A DNA stretch of 32,000 nt. Source: Fibrobacter succinogenes subsp. succinogenes S85. GTDB lineage: Bacteria; Fibrobacterota; Fibrobacteria; Fibrobacterales; Fibrobacteraceae. The stretch lies in contig NC_017448.1 in the NCBI RefSeq assembly GCF_000146505.1, positions 3,780,001-3,812,000 on the forward strand, read 5' to 3'. The position numbers and the translations under genes were made by a program. Shown in pieces: positions 7,700-16,099 of this stretch; position 1 is the stretch's first letter; every line of letters begins with the position of its first letter. Under the pieces are notes generated by a model. It saw nothing but the letters and a program-made list of their open reading frames with translations. It was not told the origin of the DNA and searched no databases.

Positions 7700-7882
7700 T
7701 TTTTTTTGTAGACCGTTTTGCATTAATTTAATTTTGAACAAATTGCGAACATCTGATTGAACGAACTCACTTCCAAAAACTTTTGAGCTTCGCTCCAAAT
7801 CCGCTGCGGCTCGTAAATGCCCGAAAATCGGTCACTTCTCTCGCCTTGCTGGATTTATTATATTTGAAAAGTACGAGGAATT

Positions 7883-7920
7883 AAAAAACGCGCAGGCTAA
7901 TCAATAGCCTGCGCATTTTC
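7883..7920 (-). terminator. Terminator of the GH116-like gene (symmetrical, possibly bidirectional)
   Basis: Stem gcgcaggct (7890-7898) and agcctgcgc (7906-7914) with a 7-nt loop. A T-run follows on the minus strand (aaaaaa at 7884-7889 on plus), and attttc follows on the plus strand. Confidence 0.7.
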
Positions 7921-7940
7921 TTGTGCGTTGAATTTTCCGA

Positions 7941-10900
7941 TTACTTATAAAGCAGAGCGAACACCATGCCCGGGCGGAAGTACTTACCAGCGGTGTACTT
8001 GAGTGCCGTGCTGTGGAGGAGCGTGAAGAGCTCGTTCACATCAACCTTGTTGCTCTTGGCAATGGCGCCGAATGCCTTCGTGAAGGTGGCGAGATTGCGC
8101 GGGAGCTTCGGGCTGATGCGGGAGTCGGCGAGGAGTGCGCCCTTCTTCAGGAGTTCCTTGTGCATCTTGTCGGCGGCAGTTGCGCTGAGGCCGAACTTTG
8201 CAACGAGTGCTTCCGGGTGGAGGCGGCAAGAACCGTTGAATCCTTCCGGTGCAGCGAACGGAACGCGGGCTTCGTCATAGAGGTTTCCGATCATGGAATC
8301 GGCGAGCACGGAGGCTTCCTTTTCCAAACCGTGGAACATCATGGCGGTCATGATGCTGTACTGAATGCCGATCCAAACGTCGTGAGCCTGGAAGTTGAAT
8401 TCGTCGAGCGGAGAACCGTCCTTACGAACAAGGTTTGCAGCACCGATGAGCGGGCTGTTGGCCTTATAGTTCGTATTGAAAATTCTGAGCAAGTTAGACT
8501 TTGCCTTAGCGCTGTCGGTAATCGGTTCGAGGTCGAGCAAGCGGAGGTAAGTGTCTGCAAGCATCGTGTCGGCGAACACGTCGTCGCAGTCGTTGGCTAT
8601 CTTTGCTTCCCAGCTCTTGGTGAAGGCTTCCTTGCACTGAGCCGTAATCCAAGCCTTCTTGAGACCGCGGAGTTCGTTCTTGGAGAGGTCTTCGCCGTCC
8701 GGGATTTCGCCTGCGCAGAGCCATTCGTTGATTGCCTTCACGCCAGCGTTCGGATCTTCCGGGAGTTCCAGAGAAACCTTCACGGCTTCGCGGAGTTCGG
8801 CGTACTTTTCGACGTTCAAGTCCTTCATTTCCATCGGGGTCACGAAGAAGCGGAAGTAGCCTTCGTTTTCGTCCCAGAGGGATTCGGTGAATTCCTTGTT
8901 GGCGGCTTCGGACTTTTCGTTCCACTTGGCAGCTTGTTCGTTGTCGCCGAGGAGCTCTGCAATCTTTGCGGCAGCGCGGAGGCCTGCAATCCAGAGGGAA
9001 CCGCAGTAAACGGAGATGCCGTAGCTGCAGAGGTTGTCGAACGTATCGTCCGTACCGTGCGTGAGCGGGAAGTTTTCGCCCGGGTTCACCATCTTTTCTA
9101 GGTATTCCATAGCGGCGTAAACGGCTTCCTTGCAATCGGCGAGGCACTGCATGTCCTTCGTCTTGTGGTAGTGACGGTAGACCATGAGCACGTATTTCGG
9201 AGCGAGGTCCTTCCATTCCTTAACGTTGTGCCAGTCGTAGGCATCCGGTTCGGCGTCGAAGGGGCTACCGAGGTCGTGAATCACAGCGCCACGCACAGCG
9301 CGCGGGCCTTCGAGCTTCGGATCCGGGAGGTCGGCGTAGGGGAGGTTCACAAATTCGTGGTGACGGCGACGGTTGTTGTTCACGGCGAGGATTGCATCAC
9401 CAAAGCGCTTCATCACAACGCCATCGAGGCGCGGCATGAGGGCGAGCAAGCTAAAGCTGCCGTAGAAGTAAACGTCGAGAGAGTTGAAGAACGGATAGTC
9501 GGCGCATTCGCGGACTAGGAAACGGTCTTCCTTGTCCCACACGGTGGCTTCGGCGAGGAAGCTGAGCGTGTTGATGGCGAGGCTCTTGAATTCAGCCTGC
9601 TTGGCGGCAGTCTTGTAGAGCTTGGCAACCGGCTTCTTCGGAACAAGGTTTTCAAATGCCTTGAGGCGATCATCAAAAGTCTTGTCGGCAGCGAGAGCTT
9701 CCGTAAGGAGGGCGACTACGCGGCCGTATGCTTCCGGGTAGAATGCGGTGTACTTCTTGGCGGAAGTGAGCTTGTTCAGCTTGATTTCCGGGAAGTCGAG
9801 CACCATGTTGAACTGGAAGGAGACCTTCTGCTTCGGCTTGAGGACTGCGGTAACGGCGATGGCACCGGCAATCGTTTCACGTCCGCTGTAAACGTTCTTG
9901 ACCCAGGAGCCTGCAACGCGACCGCTCTGGAGAGCTGCCTTCAAGACGGACTTGGCGTCGTCCTGGTAGAACATCGGCTTCACGGAAACGTTGAGGTTGT
10001 CCTTCTTGTTCCAAGCTACGCTCACACCCATGCAACCGTTGAAGTCGCTTTCGGCGAGAGCCTTTTCGTTATAAAATTCGATACCGCGAACAGAGCGGCC
10101 ATCTTCGAGTTCCTTGTCGAACTGCACGCCCTTCGGGAAACGTGCTGCCGGAACGAGAACAAAGCTGGAGTCCTGAACGCCCTGGCGGTCCTTCTTGGCC
10201 ATGTAGCCCGTGATGCTGTCCTGAATCTGGACGATCGTCACTTCGCGGGTTTCCTTGGTGTTGTTTTCGAGCGTGAAGACGGTGGCGTTCACCGGGAGGC
10301 TGGAGAGGCGTTCGTCGCCCGGAGTCACGTAGCTGGACTGCGTCTTGGTGATGGCGACACCCTTGCCTTCATAGACAGTTTCGCTAACCGGATAGAGGGC
10401 GGTGTACTTCATCTTGGCGGCGTCATAACCCGGCTGGCCGAGGAATTCGCTGTCGTTTGTCCAAGCGGCGGTGAGAGCGCCTTCGCGTGCAGCCTTTTCG
10501 CCAACCATGCCGTCGAAGAAGTCAATGAGCACGGCGCGGTTGATGGCGGCGGTGTCCTTGCCTGCGGCGATCAAAGCCTGAGTGCGGTCGCTGAACTGGA
10601 TGTGCCAGCGTTCAAAAGCGGCCTTGTTCGTTTCGAAGAAAGTCTTGTCGGCGAGAACCTTGTTGAGCTTGGCTTCGGCCTTCTTCTGGTCCTTCATGTC
10701 GGCGTCGCCGAAAACGCGTGCGCCATTAGCATCGAGGAGCGGGAAGTTGTTGTTGTAAATGCCGAATGCGGCGAAGTTGCCAATCACAAGCGCAGCCTTT
10801 GCGCTGAGCACAGCTTCCTTGAAGAAGAAGTTGTTGAAGCGGAGGTCAGAAGCCTTTTCGGTGCGAACCTGGACGCCCGGCATCACGTTCATCACGGGAG

Positions 10901-11084
10901 TCGTGCCTGCTGGCGTTGCTGTAAACGTAGAACCGATACCGCCCACGGCAATACCCGTGGTGGAAGGAGTTGTAGAAAGCGGGGTGTACCACGGCTGAAT
11001 GAATTCCACAGCGAGACCCGGGGTCATCAGCTTTTGGACGGAGCCGGACATTTTTGCACCGGCAAGATATTCTTTAATGCTCAT
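7941..11084 (-). CDS. GH116-like (GBA2-type, DUF608) beta-glucosidase/glucosylceramidase family protein, cytoplasmic
   Basis: 1047-aa ORF. The motifs GIAVGGIGS, YPFFNSLDVYFYGSFSLLALMPRLD, HDLGSPFD...WKDLAPKYVLMVYRHY and VYCGSLWIAGLRAAA match GBA2/GH116 signatures from memory. No signal peptide is present. Confidence 0.8.
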   Translation of the reverse strand: MSIKEYLAGAKMSGSVQKLMTPGLAVEFIQPWYTPLSTTPSTTGIAVGGIGSTFTATPAGTTPVMNVMPGVQVRTEKASDLRFNNFFFKEAVLSAKAALVIGNFAAFGIYNNNFPLLDANGARVFGDADMKDQKKAEAKLNKVLADKTFFETNKAAFERWHIQFSDRTQALIAAGKDTAAINRAVLIDFFDGMVGEKAAREGALTAAWTNDSEFLGQPGYDAAKMKYTALYPVSETVYEGKGVAITKTQSSYVTPGDERLSSLPVNATVFTLENNTKETREVTIVQIQDSITGYMAKKDRQGVQDSSFVLVPAARFPKGVQFDKELEDGRSVRGIEFYNEKALAESDFNGCMGVSVAWNKKDNLNVSVKPMFYQDDAKSVLKAALQSGRVAGSWVKNVYSGRETIAGAIAVTAVLKPKQKVSFQFNMVLDFPEIKLNKLTSAKKYTAFYPEAYGRVVALLTEALAADKTFDDRLKAFENLVPKKPVAKLYKTAAKQAEFKSLAINTLSFLAEATVWDKEDRFLVRECADYPFFNSLDVYFYGSFSLLALMPRLDGVVMKRFGDAILAVNNNRRRHHEFVNLPYADLPDPKLEGPRAVRGAVIHDLGSPFDAEPDAYDWHNVKEWKDLAPKYVLMVYRHYHKTKDMQCLADCKEAVYAAMEYLEKMVNPGENFPLTHGTDDTFDNLCSYGISVYCGSLWIAGLRAAAKIAELLGDNEQAAKWNEKSEAANKEFTESLWDENEGYFRFFVTPMEMKDLNVEKYAELREAVKVSLELPEDPNAGVKAINEWLCAGEIPDGEDLSKNELRGLKKAWITAQCKEAFTKSWEAKIANDCDDVFADTMLADTYLRLLDLEPITDSAKAKSNLLRIFNTNYKANSPLIGAANLVRKDGSPLDEFNFQAHDVWIGIQYSIMTAMMFHGLEKEASVLADSMIGNLYDEARVPFAAPEGFNGSCRLHPEALVAKFGLSATAADKMHKELLKKGALLADSRISPKLPRNLATFTKAFGAIAKSNKVDVNELFTLLHSTALKYTAGKYFRPGMVFALLYK

Positions 11085-11132
11085 AATGAGGTCCGATAAT
11101 TTAAAGGTTTATACGGGTGGAAAGATAGTAAA

Positions 11133-11180
11133 TAGACGAAAGAACGCGGCTATGCCGCTATAGACTAGAGATGAAAGAGG
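11133..11180 (+). repeat. TAGACGARAGAAC-hairpin-TAYAGAC module, copy 1
   Basis: tagacgaaagaac gcggc tat gccgc tatagactagagatgaaagagg. Confidence 0.85.
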
Positions 11181-11185
11181 GATGC

Positions 11186-11224
11186 GTCATCCTGGAGCGT
11201 AGCGGGGGGATCCAGTGAAGTTTT
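11186..11224 (+). repeat. 'gtcatcctg...ggatccagtgaagtttt' REP-like element
   Basis: It shares its head and tail with 29386-29439. Confidence 0.75.
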
Positions 11225-11288
11225 GTTTTACGATGTCTTTTTTCAAACTATTTACATCAATTGCTTCTGATTGATTTATTTTTAGGGT

Positions 11289-11489
11289 ATGACTAAGTTG
11301 ATTGCACATATGCTCCCCGGCGTTTTCCTCATCGTCGTGTTTTCCCTGTTGAAAGCCTACGTTATCCCAGCCCACGTCACCTTTGAATCGTGGTTCGTCT
11401 ACGTCAACTTTTTAGTCTGGGTCGTCTGCATAACCGTCCCGTGCGTCATCTATTACCTCCGCACTCCACCTGGAATCGATCATAAGTAA
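11289..11489 (+). CDS. Small two-TM membrane protein (hypothetical)
   Basis: 66-aa ORF with two hydrophobic stretches (LPGVFLIVVFSLL and FLVWVVCITVPCVIYYL). No homology is recognised. Confidence 0.4.
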   Translation: MTKLIAHMLPGVFLIVVFSLLKAYVIPAHVTFESWFVYVNFLVWVVCITVPCVIYYLRTPPGIDHK

Positions 11490-11490
11490 G

Positions 11491-11539
11491 TTAGACGAGA
11501 GAACGGACCTATGGTCCTACAGACGAGTGACGAAAGAGG
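11491..11539 (+). repeat. TAGACGARAGAAC-hairpin-TAYAGAC module, copy 2
   Basis: ttagacgagagaac ggacc tat ggtcc tacagacgagtgacgaaagagg, starting 2 nt after a stop codon. Confidence 0.85.
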
Positions 11540-11578
11540 TACTCTAAAGATTTGTTTTGATTCCATGATTGTTGGAAT

Positions 11579-11605
11579 ATTCTCTCGTCTCTAGTCTTTC
11601 GTCTA
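11579..11605 (+). repeat. TCTCGTC-type heptad repeat, the inverse orientation of the TAGACGA family
   Basis: ttctctcgtctctagtctttcgtcta, immediately upstream of purN. Confidence 0.8.
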
Positions 11606-11625
11606 AAAAAAACTATATTTGGCCC

Positions 11626-12216
11626 ATGTTTAAAATTGGCGTCATGGCTTCCGGCGGTGGAAGCAACTTCAAAGCAATTATTGACCGCATTGGCGAGGGT
11701 GACCTCGAAGCCCAGTGCAAGTTCTTAATCACGAACAACGCTGGTTGTGGTGCGGTGCATCATGCCGAAGAATTCGGAATCCCGGTGCATCACATTTCGG
11801 GTAAGACGCATCCGGATCAGGCTGCGTACGAAGCGGCTATGCTTGAAGTTCTCGACAAGTACGATGTGGACCTTTTGATTTTGGCCGGTTACATGAAGGC
11901 GCTCCCACTTTGCATGCTTAAGCGTATGCCGGACCGCATTTTGAATATTCACCCGTCGCTGTTGCCGAAGTTTGGCGGTAAAGGTTTCTTTGGACATCAC
12001 GTTCATGAAGCTGTGCTTGCCGCGCATGAAACGGAATCTGGCCCGACGGTGCATCTCGTGAGCGAAGAAATTGACCGCGGTCGTATCTTGGCGCAGACTA
12101 AAGTTCCTGTGATGAAAGACGATACCGCCGATACGCTTGCCGCCCGCGTCTTGGTTCAAGAACACGCTTTGTACTGGAAGACAATTAAGGAATACGCGGC
12201 CTCGCTGGGTCTATGA
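11626..12216 (+). CDS. purN: Phosphoribosylglycinamide formyltransferase
   Basis: MFKIGVMASGGGSNFKAII, ILAGYM, NIHPSLLP and the EIDRGRILAQ motif. ATG 11626 is chosen because the track start 11569 lies in repeat DNA. Confidence 0.9.
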   Translation: MFKIGVMASGGGSNFKAIIDRIGEGDLEAQCKFLITNNAGCGAVHHAEEFGIPVHHISGKTHPDQAAYEAAMLEVLDKYDVDLLILAGYMKALPLCMLKRMPDRILNIHPSLLPKFGGKGFFGHHVHEAVLAAHETESGPTVHLVSEEIDRGRILAQTKVPVMKDDTADTLAARVLVQEHALYWKTIKEYAASLGL

Positions 12217-12956
12217 AATTCAAACTGCCCGCATTTTTGGAAAACATTGAATCCCCGGTAGAAGGGGAGGTGGCTCTGCGCAAGTTCGCTGCGGAGAATT
12301 CCGCGATTGTCGTGGGAATTGATGAAGTTGGTCGAGGACCGCTTGCAGGCCCTGTTGTCGCTTGCGCGGCTGTACTCAAGTCGCCCGATGCGCTCTTGAC
12401 GCTGAACGATTCCAAAAAACTTTCTCGCCCTAAGCGCGAAGCGATGTTTGATGCGGTCAAGGACGCTTGTGCCTGTTATGCGATTGCTAGCGCGAGCGTT
12501 GAAGAAATTGACGAAATCAACATTCTTGAAGCGGACTTCTTGGCGATGCGCCGTGCCTTGCAGGCCCTCGGATTCCCCGGCCTCAACGAATCCGCCCCCG
12601 AAATCCCCATTGAAGTCAAAGGCTCGCTGAACGATGTCATGCCGGACTCCGTTCCGGCATCGGCCCTCTCGTCTAACGTTCTAATCGCAGTCGATGGCAA
12701 TCTCAAGATTCGTGGTGTTCCTGCCGAAAATCAGATGCCGATTGTAAAGGGTGATGGCCGCATCGCTAGCATCTCGGCGGCCTCGATCCTTGCGAAAGTT
12801 TTCCGTGACCGCTATATGGATAAATTAGAAGAACTTTATCCGGGATACGGTTTTGACAAGCACGCCGGTTACGGCACCAAGGCTCACCTCGACGCCATCC
12901 GCCGCCAAGGCTTCTCGCCTGCCCACCGCAAAAGCTTCCACCCCAAAAGCTTGTAG
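12213..12956 (+). CDS. rnhB: Ribonuclease HII
   Basis: GIDEVGRGPLAGPVV, LNDSKKLS, DGN and ASILAK motifs. It has an ATGA overlap with purN. The protein is longer than typical, with an N-terminal extension and an internal insert. Confidence 0.9.
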   Translation: MKFKLPAFLENIESPVEGEVALRKFAAENSAIVVGIDEVGRGPLAGPVVACAAVLKSPDALLTLNDSKKLSRPKREAMFDAVKDACACYAIASASVEEIDEINILEADFLAMRRALQALGFPGLNESAPEIPIEVKGSLNDVMPDSVPASALSSNVLIAVDGNLKIRGVPAENQMPIVKGDGRIASISAASILAKVFRDRYMDKLEELYPGYGFDKHAGYGTKAHLDAIRRQGFSPAHRKSFHPKSL

Positions 12957-12959
12957 CTG

Positions 12960-12986
12960 TTCTTTCGTCACTCGTCTCTCGTCTTT
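12960..12986 (+). repeat. TCTCGTC-type heptad repeat
   Basis: ttctttcgtcactcgtctctcgtcttt, starting 4 nt after the rnhB stop. Confidence 0.8.
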
Positions 12987-13050
12987 GGACTTTGCACATG
13001 TGCTAAATGCTAGGCTCAATTATGTCAAAAAACAAGTTTTTTGCCGCAAT

Positions 13051-13160
13051 ATTCGCCTTACGCATTTATCGCTTCGCTTAAGTCCAAAATGCTCGCTTCG
13101 GTCATGTCCAAATGAATTTGGCCGCGACTCTCAGCTTATGCATTTGTCGTCTCTCGTCTG
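13051..13160 (+). repeat. Intergenic element of about 100 nt (family shared with 25576-25640)
   Basis: ccaaaatgctcgcttcggtcatgtccaaatgaatttggccgcgactctcagcttatgcatttgtcg aligns at roughly 80% with the copy at 25576. It contains an internal direct repeat cttaYgcatttRtcg. Confidence 0.75.
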
Positions 13161-13675
13161 ATTTCCCCATACGCTTCTACGAGTTTCTCGAATTTGACAG
13201 CGCAGTTGGCGGGGGAGGTGGACGGCAATTTGACAGCCTTGATTCCGGTCGCCTTTTCGCAGTATTTTTCGTAGAGTTTGTGCGCAGTGGCGCCTGTGCA
13301 AAAGATGCGCTTGATTTTCGTTTTCGCAATGAGCGATGCGATATCATTCGGCACGACGTCTTCAATGCTCGTATCGCTTGCTCCAATGATAGTGCAACTG
13401 TCAAGAACGTCCCACAATGCGATATGGTGTTCTAAAAGCATCGCTTTTTTCTCGTCGATGGTCTCAGGGGTTGGCTCATTCAAGACGCTTGCGAGAACTT
13501 TCCAGAACCGGTTTTGCGGATGCCCATAATAGAATCCCTGTTCGCGCGATTTGGGCGAGGGGATGGAACCAAGCAACAGAACCTCTGATTTTTCATCGAA
13601 AAGTGCAGGAAACTCATGCGTTACCCAAGTCCTCGTATTCTTTACGGTTCTAGATTGCGTCTTCTTAATTGCCAT
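13136..13675 (-). CDS. Uracil-DNA glycosylase superfamily protein, DNA-deoxyinosine (hypoxanthine) glycosylase-like
   Basis: VLLLGSIPSPKSREQGFYYGHPQNRFWKVL and LPSTSPAN motifs. The last seven codons and the stop lie inside repeat DNA. Confidence 0.75.
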   Translation of the reverse strand: MAIKKTQSRTVKNTRTWVTHEFPALFDEKSEVLLLGSIPSPKSREQGFYYGHPQNRFWKVLASVLNEPTPETIDEKKAMLLEHHIALWDVLDSCTIIGASDTSIEDVVPNDIASLIAKTKIKRIFCTGATAHKLYEKYCEKATGIKAVKLPSTSPANCAVKFEKLVEAYGEIRRETTNA

Positions 13676-13701
13676 ATTTCTAAAAATAAAAAGATATCTT
13701 A

Positions 13702-13758
13702 CCTCTCGTCACTCGTCTTTCGTCTCTCGTCCTCCTACTGTCTACTGCCTACTAATGA
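13702..13758 (+). repeat. Composite heptad repeats (TCTCGTC type plus CTACTGY type)
   Basis: cctctcgtcactcgtctttcgtctctcgtcc followed by tcctactgtctactgcctactaatga. This is the reverse complement of the composite at 23521-23576. Confidence 0.85.
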
Positions 13759-13814
13759 TACATTGAACTTACCACTTAAAATTGCTATATTTGCCCGCGT
13801 AAAAATGGTTGCGT

Positions 13815-13846
13815 CCTAACCACTAACCACTAATCACTGATTACTG
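13815..13846 (+). repeat. CTAACCA-type heptad repeat
   Basis: cctaaccactaaccactaatcactgattactg, ending 4 nt before the prfC ATG. Confidence 0.85.
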
Positions 13847-13850
13847 CTCC

Positions 13851-15416
13851 ATGAATCCAGAAATTGAAAAACGCCGCACTTTCGCCATCGTCAGCCACCC
13901 TGACGCCGGTAAAACCACCATCACCGAAAAGTTCCTGTGGTACGGGAATGTGATTCGCGAGGCTGGTCACGTGCGCGCGAAGGCCAACAAGAGCTATACC
14001 GTTAGTGACTGGATGAAGATTGAACAGCAACGTGGTATTTCTGTTTCGAGTTCCGTGTTGAACTTCCCGTTCGAAGGTTGCATGTTCAACCTCGTCGATA
14101 CCCCGGGGCATCAGGACTTCTGCGAAGACACGTACCGTGCGCTCACCGCCGTGGACGCCGCTCTCGTGCTTATCGATAGTGTGAACGGTGTTGAAAAGCA
14201 GACGATTCGCTTGATGAATGTCTGCCGCATGCGCCATACGCCGATTATCACGTTCATCAACAAGATGGACTTGGACGGCCGCCATGTGCTCGACTTGCTC
14301 GACCAGATTGAAAGCGTTTTGCAGATTAAGACTGCTCCGTTTACGCTCCCGATTGGCGTCGGTAAGCTTTTCAAGGGCGTCTATTCCATCGCCGAAAATA
14401 CGTTCCACACGTTCAACCCGGACGATGGCAAGCAAGAGATTATCCAGATGGAAGGACCGGATGATCCGCGCCTCGTTGAACTCTGCGGTGAAAACTGGGT
14501 GAATCAGTTCAAGGAAGAGTACGAAATGGTCACGGGCGGTATGGATCCGTTCGACCACGAAAAGTTCCTCAAGGGCGAAATGTGTCCGGTATTCTTCGGT
14601 TCTGCCGTGAACAACTTCGGTGTGCGCCAGCTTTTGAACGCTTTTGCAAAACTCGCTCCTCCGCCGATGATCCGCGACACCGACAAGCGCCCGGTTAAGC
14701 CGGACGAAGACGCTTTCAGTGCATTTGTCTTCAAGATTCAGGCCAACATGGACCCGAAACACCGCGACCGCACGGCATTCCTCCGCATTTGCTCGGGCAG
14801 CTTTACCCGTGGCGAAAAGGTTTTCCACGTGCGTACGGGCCGTGACATCCGCTTGGCTGCTCCGACCGCGTTCCTCGCGAAGGACAAGGAAGTGATTGAC
14901 CACGCCTGGGCGGGCGACATCGTGGGTATCAACGATCCGGGACTTTTCCGCATTGGCGATACGCTTACGGATGGCGAAAAGATGAACTTCACGGGCATTC
15001 CGGACTTTGCTCCGGAACACTTTGCCCGCGTGACGCTTTTGAACCCGCTCAAGTCTAAGCAGATGGCGAAGGGCCTTGCCGAACTTTCGGAAGAAGGTGC
15101 AACGCAGCTCTATGAACCGCTCAAGTCCGCTGTGCCTGTCGTGGGCGTCGTGGGTGAACTCCAGTTTGACGTGCTCAAGTTCCGCTTGCAGAGCGAATAC
15201 GGCGCCGACGTGCAACTTGACCGCGTGCCAGCTCATTGCATCCGCTGGGTGAAGGGTCCCGAAGCCGATGTCGGCAAGTTCGCCGAAGAATACGCCGGCG
15301 ATTGCATGATGGATAAGGAACGCAATCTCGTGTGCCTCTTCCCGAATGAATATCGCCTGAACCTCGCGCTCAAAAACTACGAACGCTTGAGCTTCGCCGA
15401 AACCTCTCAGGGGTAG
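13851..15416 (+). CDS. prfC: Peptide chain release factor 3
   Basis: RRTFAIVSHPDAGKTTITEK, DTPGHQDF and NKMD GTPase motifs, with RF3-typical length (521 aa). Confidence 0.95.
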   Translation: MNPEIEKRRTFAIVSHPDAGKTTITEKFLWYGNVIREAGHVRAKANKSYTVSDWMKIEQQRGISVSSSVLNFPFEGCMFNLVDTPGHQDFCEDTYRALTAVDAALVLIDSVNGVEKQTIRLMNVCRMRHTPIITFINKMDLDGRHVLDLLDQIESVLQIKTAPFTLPIGVGKLFKGVYSIAENTFHTFNPDDGKQEIIQMEGPDDPRLVELCGENWVNQFKEEYEMVTGGMDPFDHEKFLKGEMCPVFFGSAVNNFGVRQLLNAFAKLAPPPMIRDTDKRPVKPDEDAFSAFVFKIQANMDPKHRDRTAFLRICSGSFTRGEKVFHVRTGRDIRLAAPTAFLAKDKEVIDHAWAGDIVGINDPGLFRIGDTLTDGEKMNFTGIPDFAPEHFARVTLLNPLKSKQMAKGLAELSEEGATQLYEPLKSAVPVVGVVGELQFDVLKFRLQSEYGADVQLDRVPAHCIRWVKGPEADVGKFAEEYAGDCMMDKERNLVCLFPNEYRLNLALKNYERLSFAETSQG

Positions 15417-15431
15417 TTTAGACGAGAGTTG

Positions 15432-15458
15432 AAAGGTGGGGACCCCTTTGCTTTTTAA
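15432..15458 (+). terminator. Candidate rho-independent terminator of prfC
   Basis: Imperfect hairpin aaaggtggg-gac-cccctttg followed by cttttt. Confidence 0.5.
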
Positions 15459-15497
15459 CTCGATGTTTGTTATATTTGTACTCAACCGCTAATATAC

Positions 15498-15512
15498 GGG
15501 GGTGCTCTGGTT
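15498..15512 (+). repeat. Exact 15-nt duplicate of the tmRNA 5' end
   Basis: gggggtgctctggtt occurs at 15498-15512 and again at 15651-15665, in the same orientation. Confidence 0.9.
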
Positions 15513-15650
15513 GGCCAAAATTCCTGCTACTCGCAGCAATTTTGCCCTCCGGGTCTTTCGAACGCATGCGTTCTCAAGAGCTTAAATGCTCGCTAGCTCG
15601 CATTTAATCGACAGGCCTGTCTCAACCGAGCATCCTTGTGTAGAACACAA

Positions 15651-16008
15651 GGGGGTGCTCTGGTTTCGACAGGGTTACCGAAGTGTTAGTTGCAAGTCGA
15701 GGTCTCAGACGAGGGCAACTCGTTAAAAAGTCTGAAAAAAAATAAGTGCTGACGAAAACTACGCACTCGCTGCCTAATTAACGGCAACGCCGGGCCTCAT
15801 TCCGCTCCCATCGGGATGTACGTCCGGACGCAATATGGGATAGGGAAGTGTCATGCCTGGGGGCATCTCCCGAGATTTACTAGGCTGGTCAAACTCCGCG
15901 CCGACCTTCTTGGGCGTGGATAAGACGAGATCTTAAATACGAAGGGAACACTTGTAGGAACGTACATGGACGTGATTTTGGACAGGGGTTCGACTCCCCT
16001 CACCTCCA
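15651..16008 (+). ncRNA. ssrA: tmRNA (SsrA), tag ADENYALAA
   Basis: The 5' end is GGGGGUGCUCUGGUUUCGACAGGG. The 3' T-arm GGGGUUCGACUCCCC is followed by CACCUCC-A, which pairs with the 5' end and includes a G3:U wobble. CCA is not encoded. The tag ORF gct gac gaa aac tac gca ctc gct gcc taa lies at 15748-15777. Confidence 0.9.
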
Positions 16009-16016
16009 GAAAAAAA

Positions 16017-16045
16017 AGAACTCACTATGTGAGTTCTTTTTTTGT
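16017..16045 (+). terminator. Terminator of ssrA
   Basis: Stem gaactcac/gtgagttc (16018-16025 and 16029-16036) followed by a T-run. Confidence 0.75.
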
Positions 16046-16099
16046 TTTGTAAGAACCGCTCGGCTCTTTCTTTCTAAATTGAAATCAAAAGGAGGTTGT

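Noticed and set aside
8013-9216. 362-aa (+) and 236-aa (-) alternative-frame ORFs inside the GH116-like gene
   Set aside because: They overlap a 1047-aa ORF that has clear family motifs. Their translations are Arg/Gly/Glu-rich low complexity.
13830-15485. 551-aa ORF antisense to prfC
   Set aside because: It completely overlaps a confidently identified RF3 gene, and its translation has no recognisable domain. This is a typical antisense open frame.
16055-16067. Exact 13-mer accgctcggctct, shared with 29287-29299
   Set aside because: In a 32-kb window, about ten or more exact 13-mer matches are expected by chance across both strands. The similarity does not extend beyond the 13 nt.
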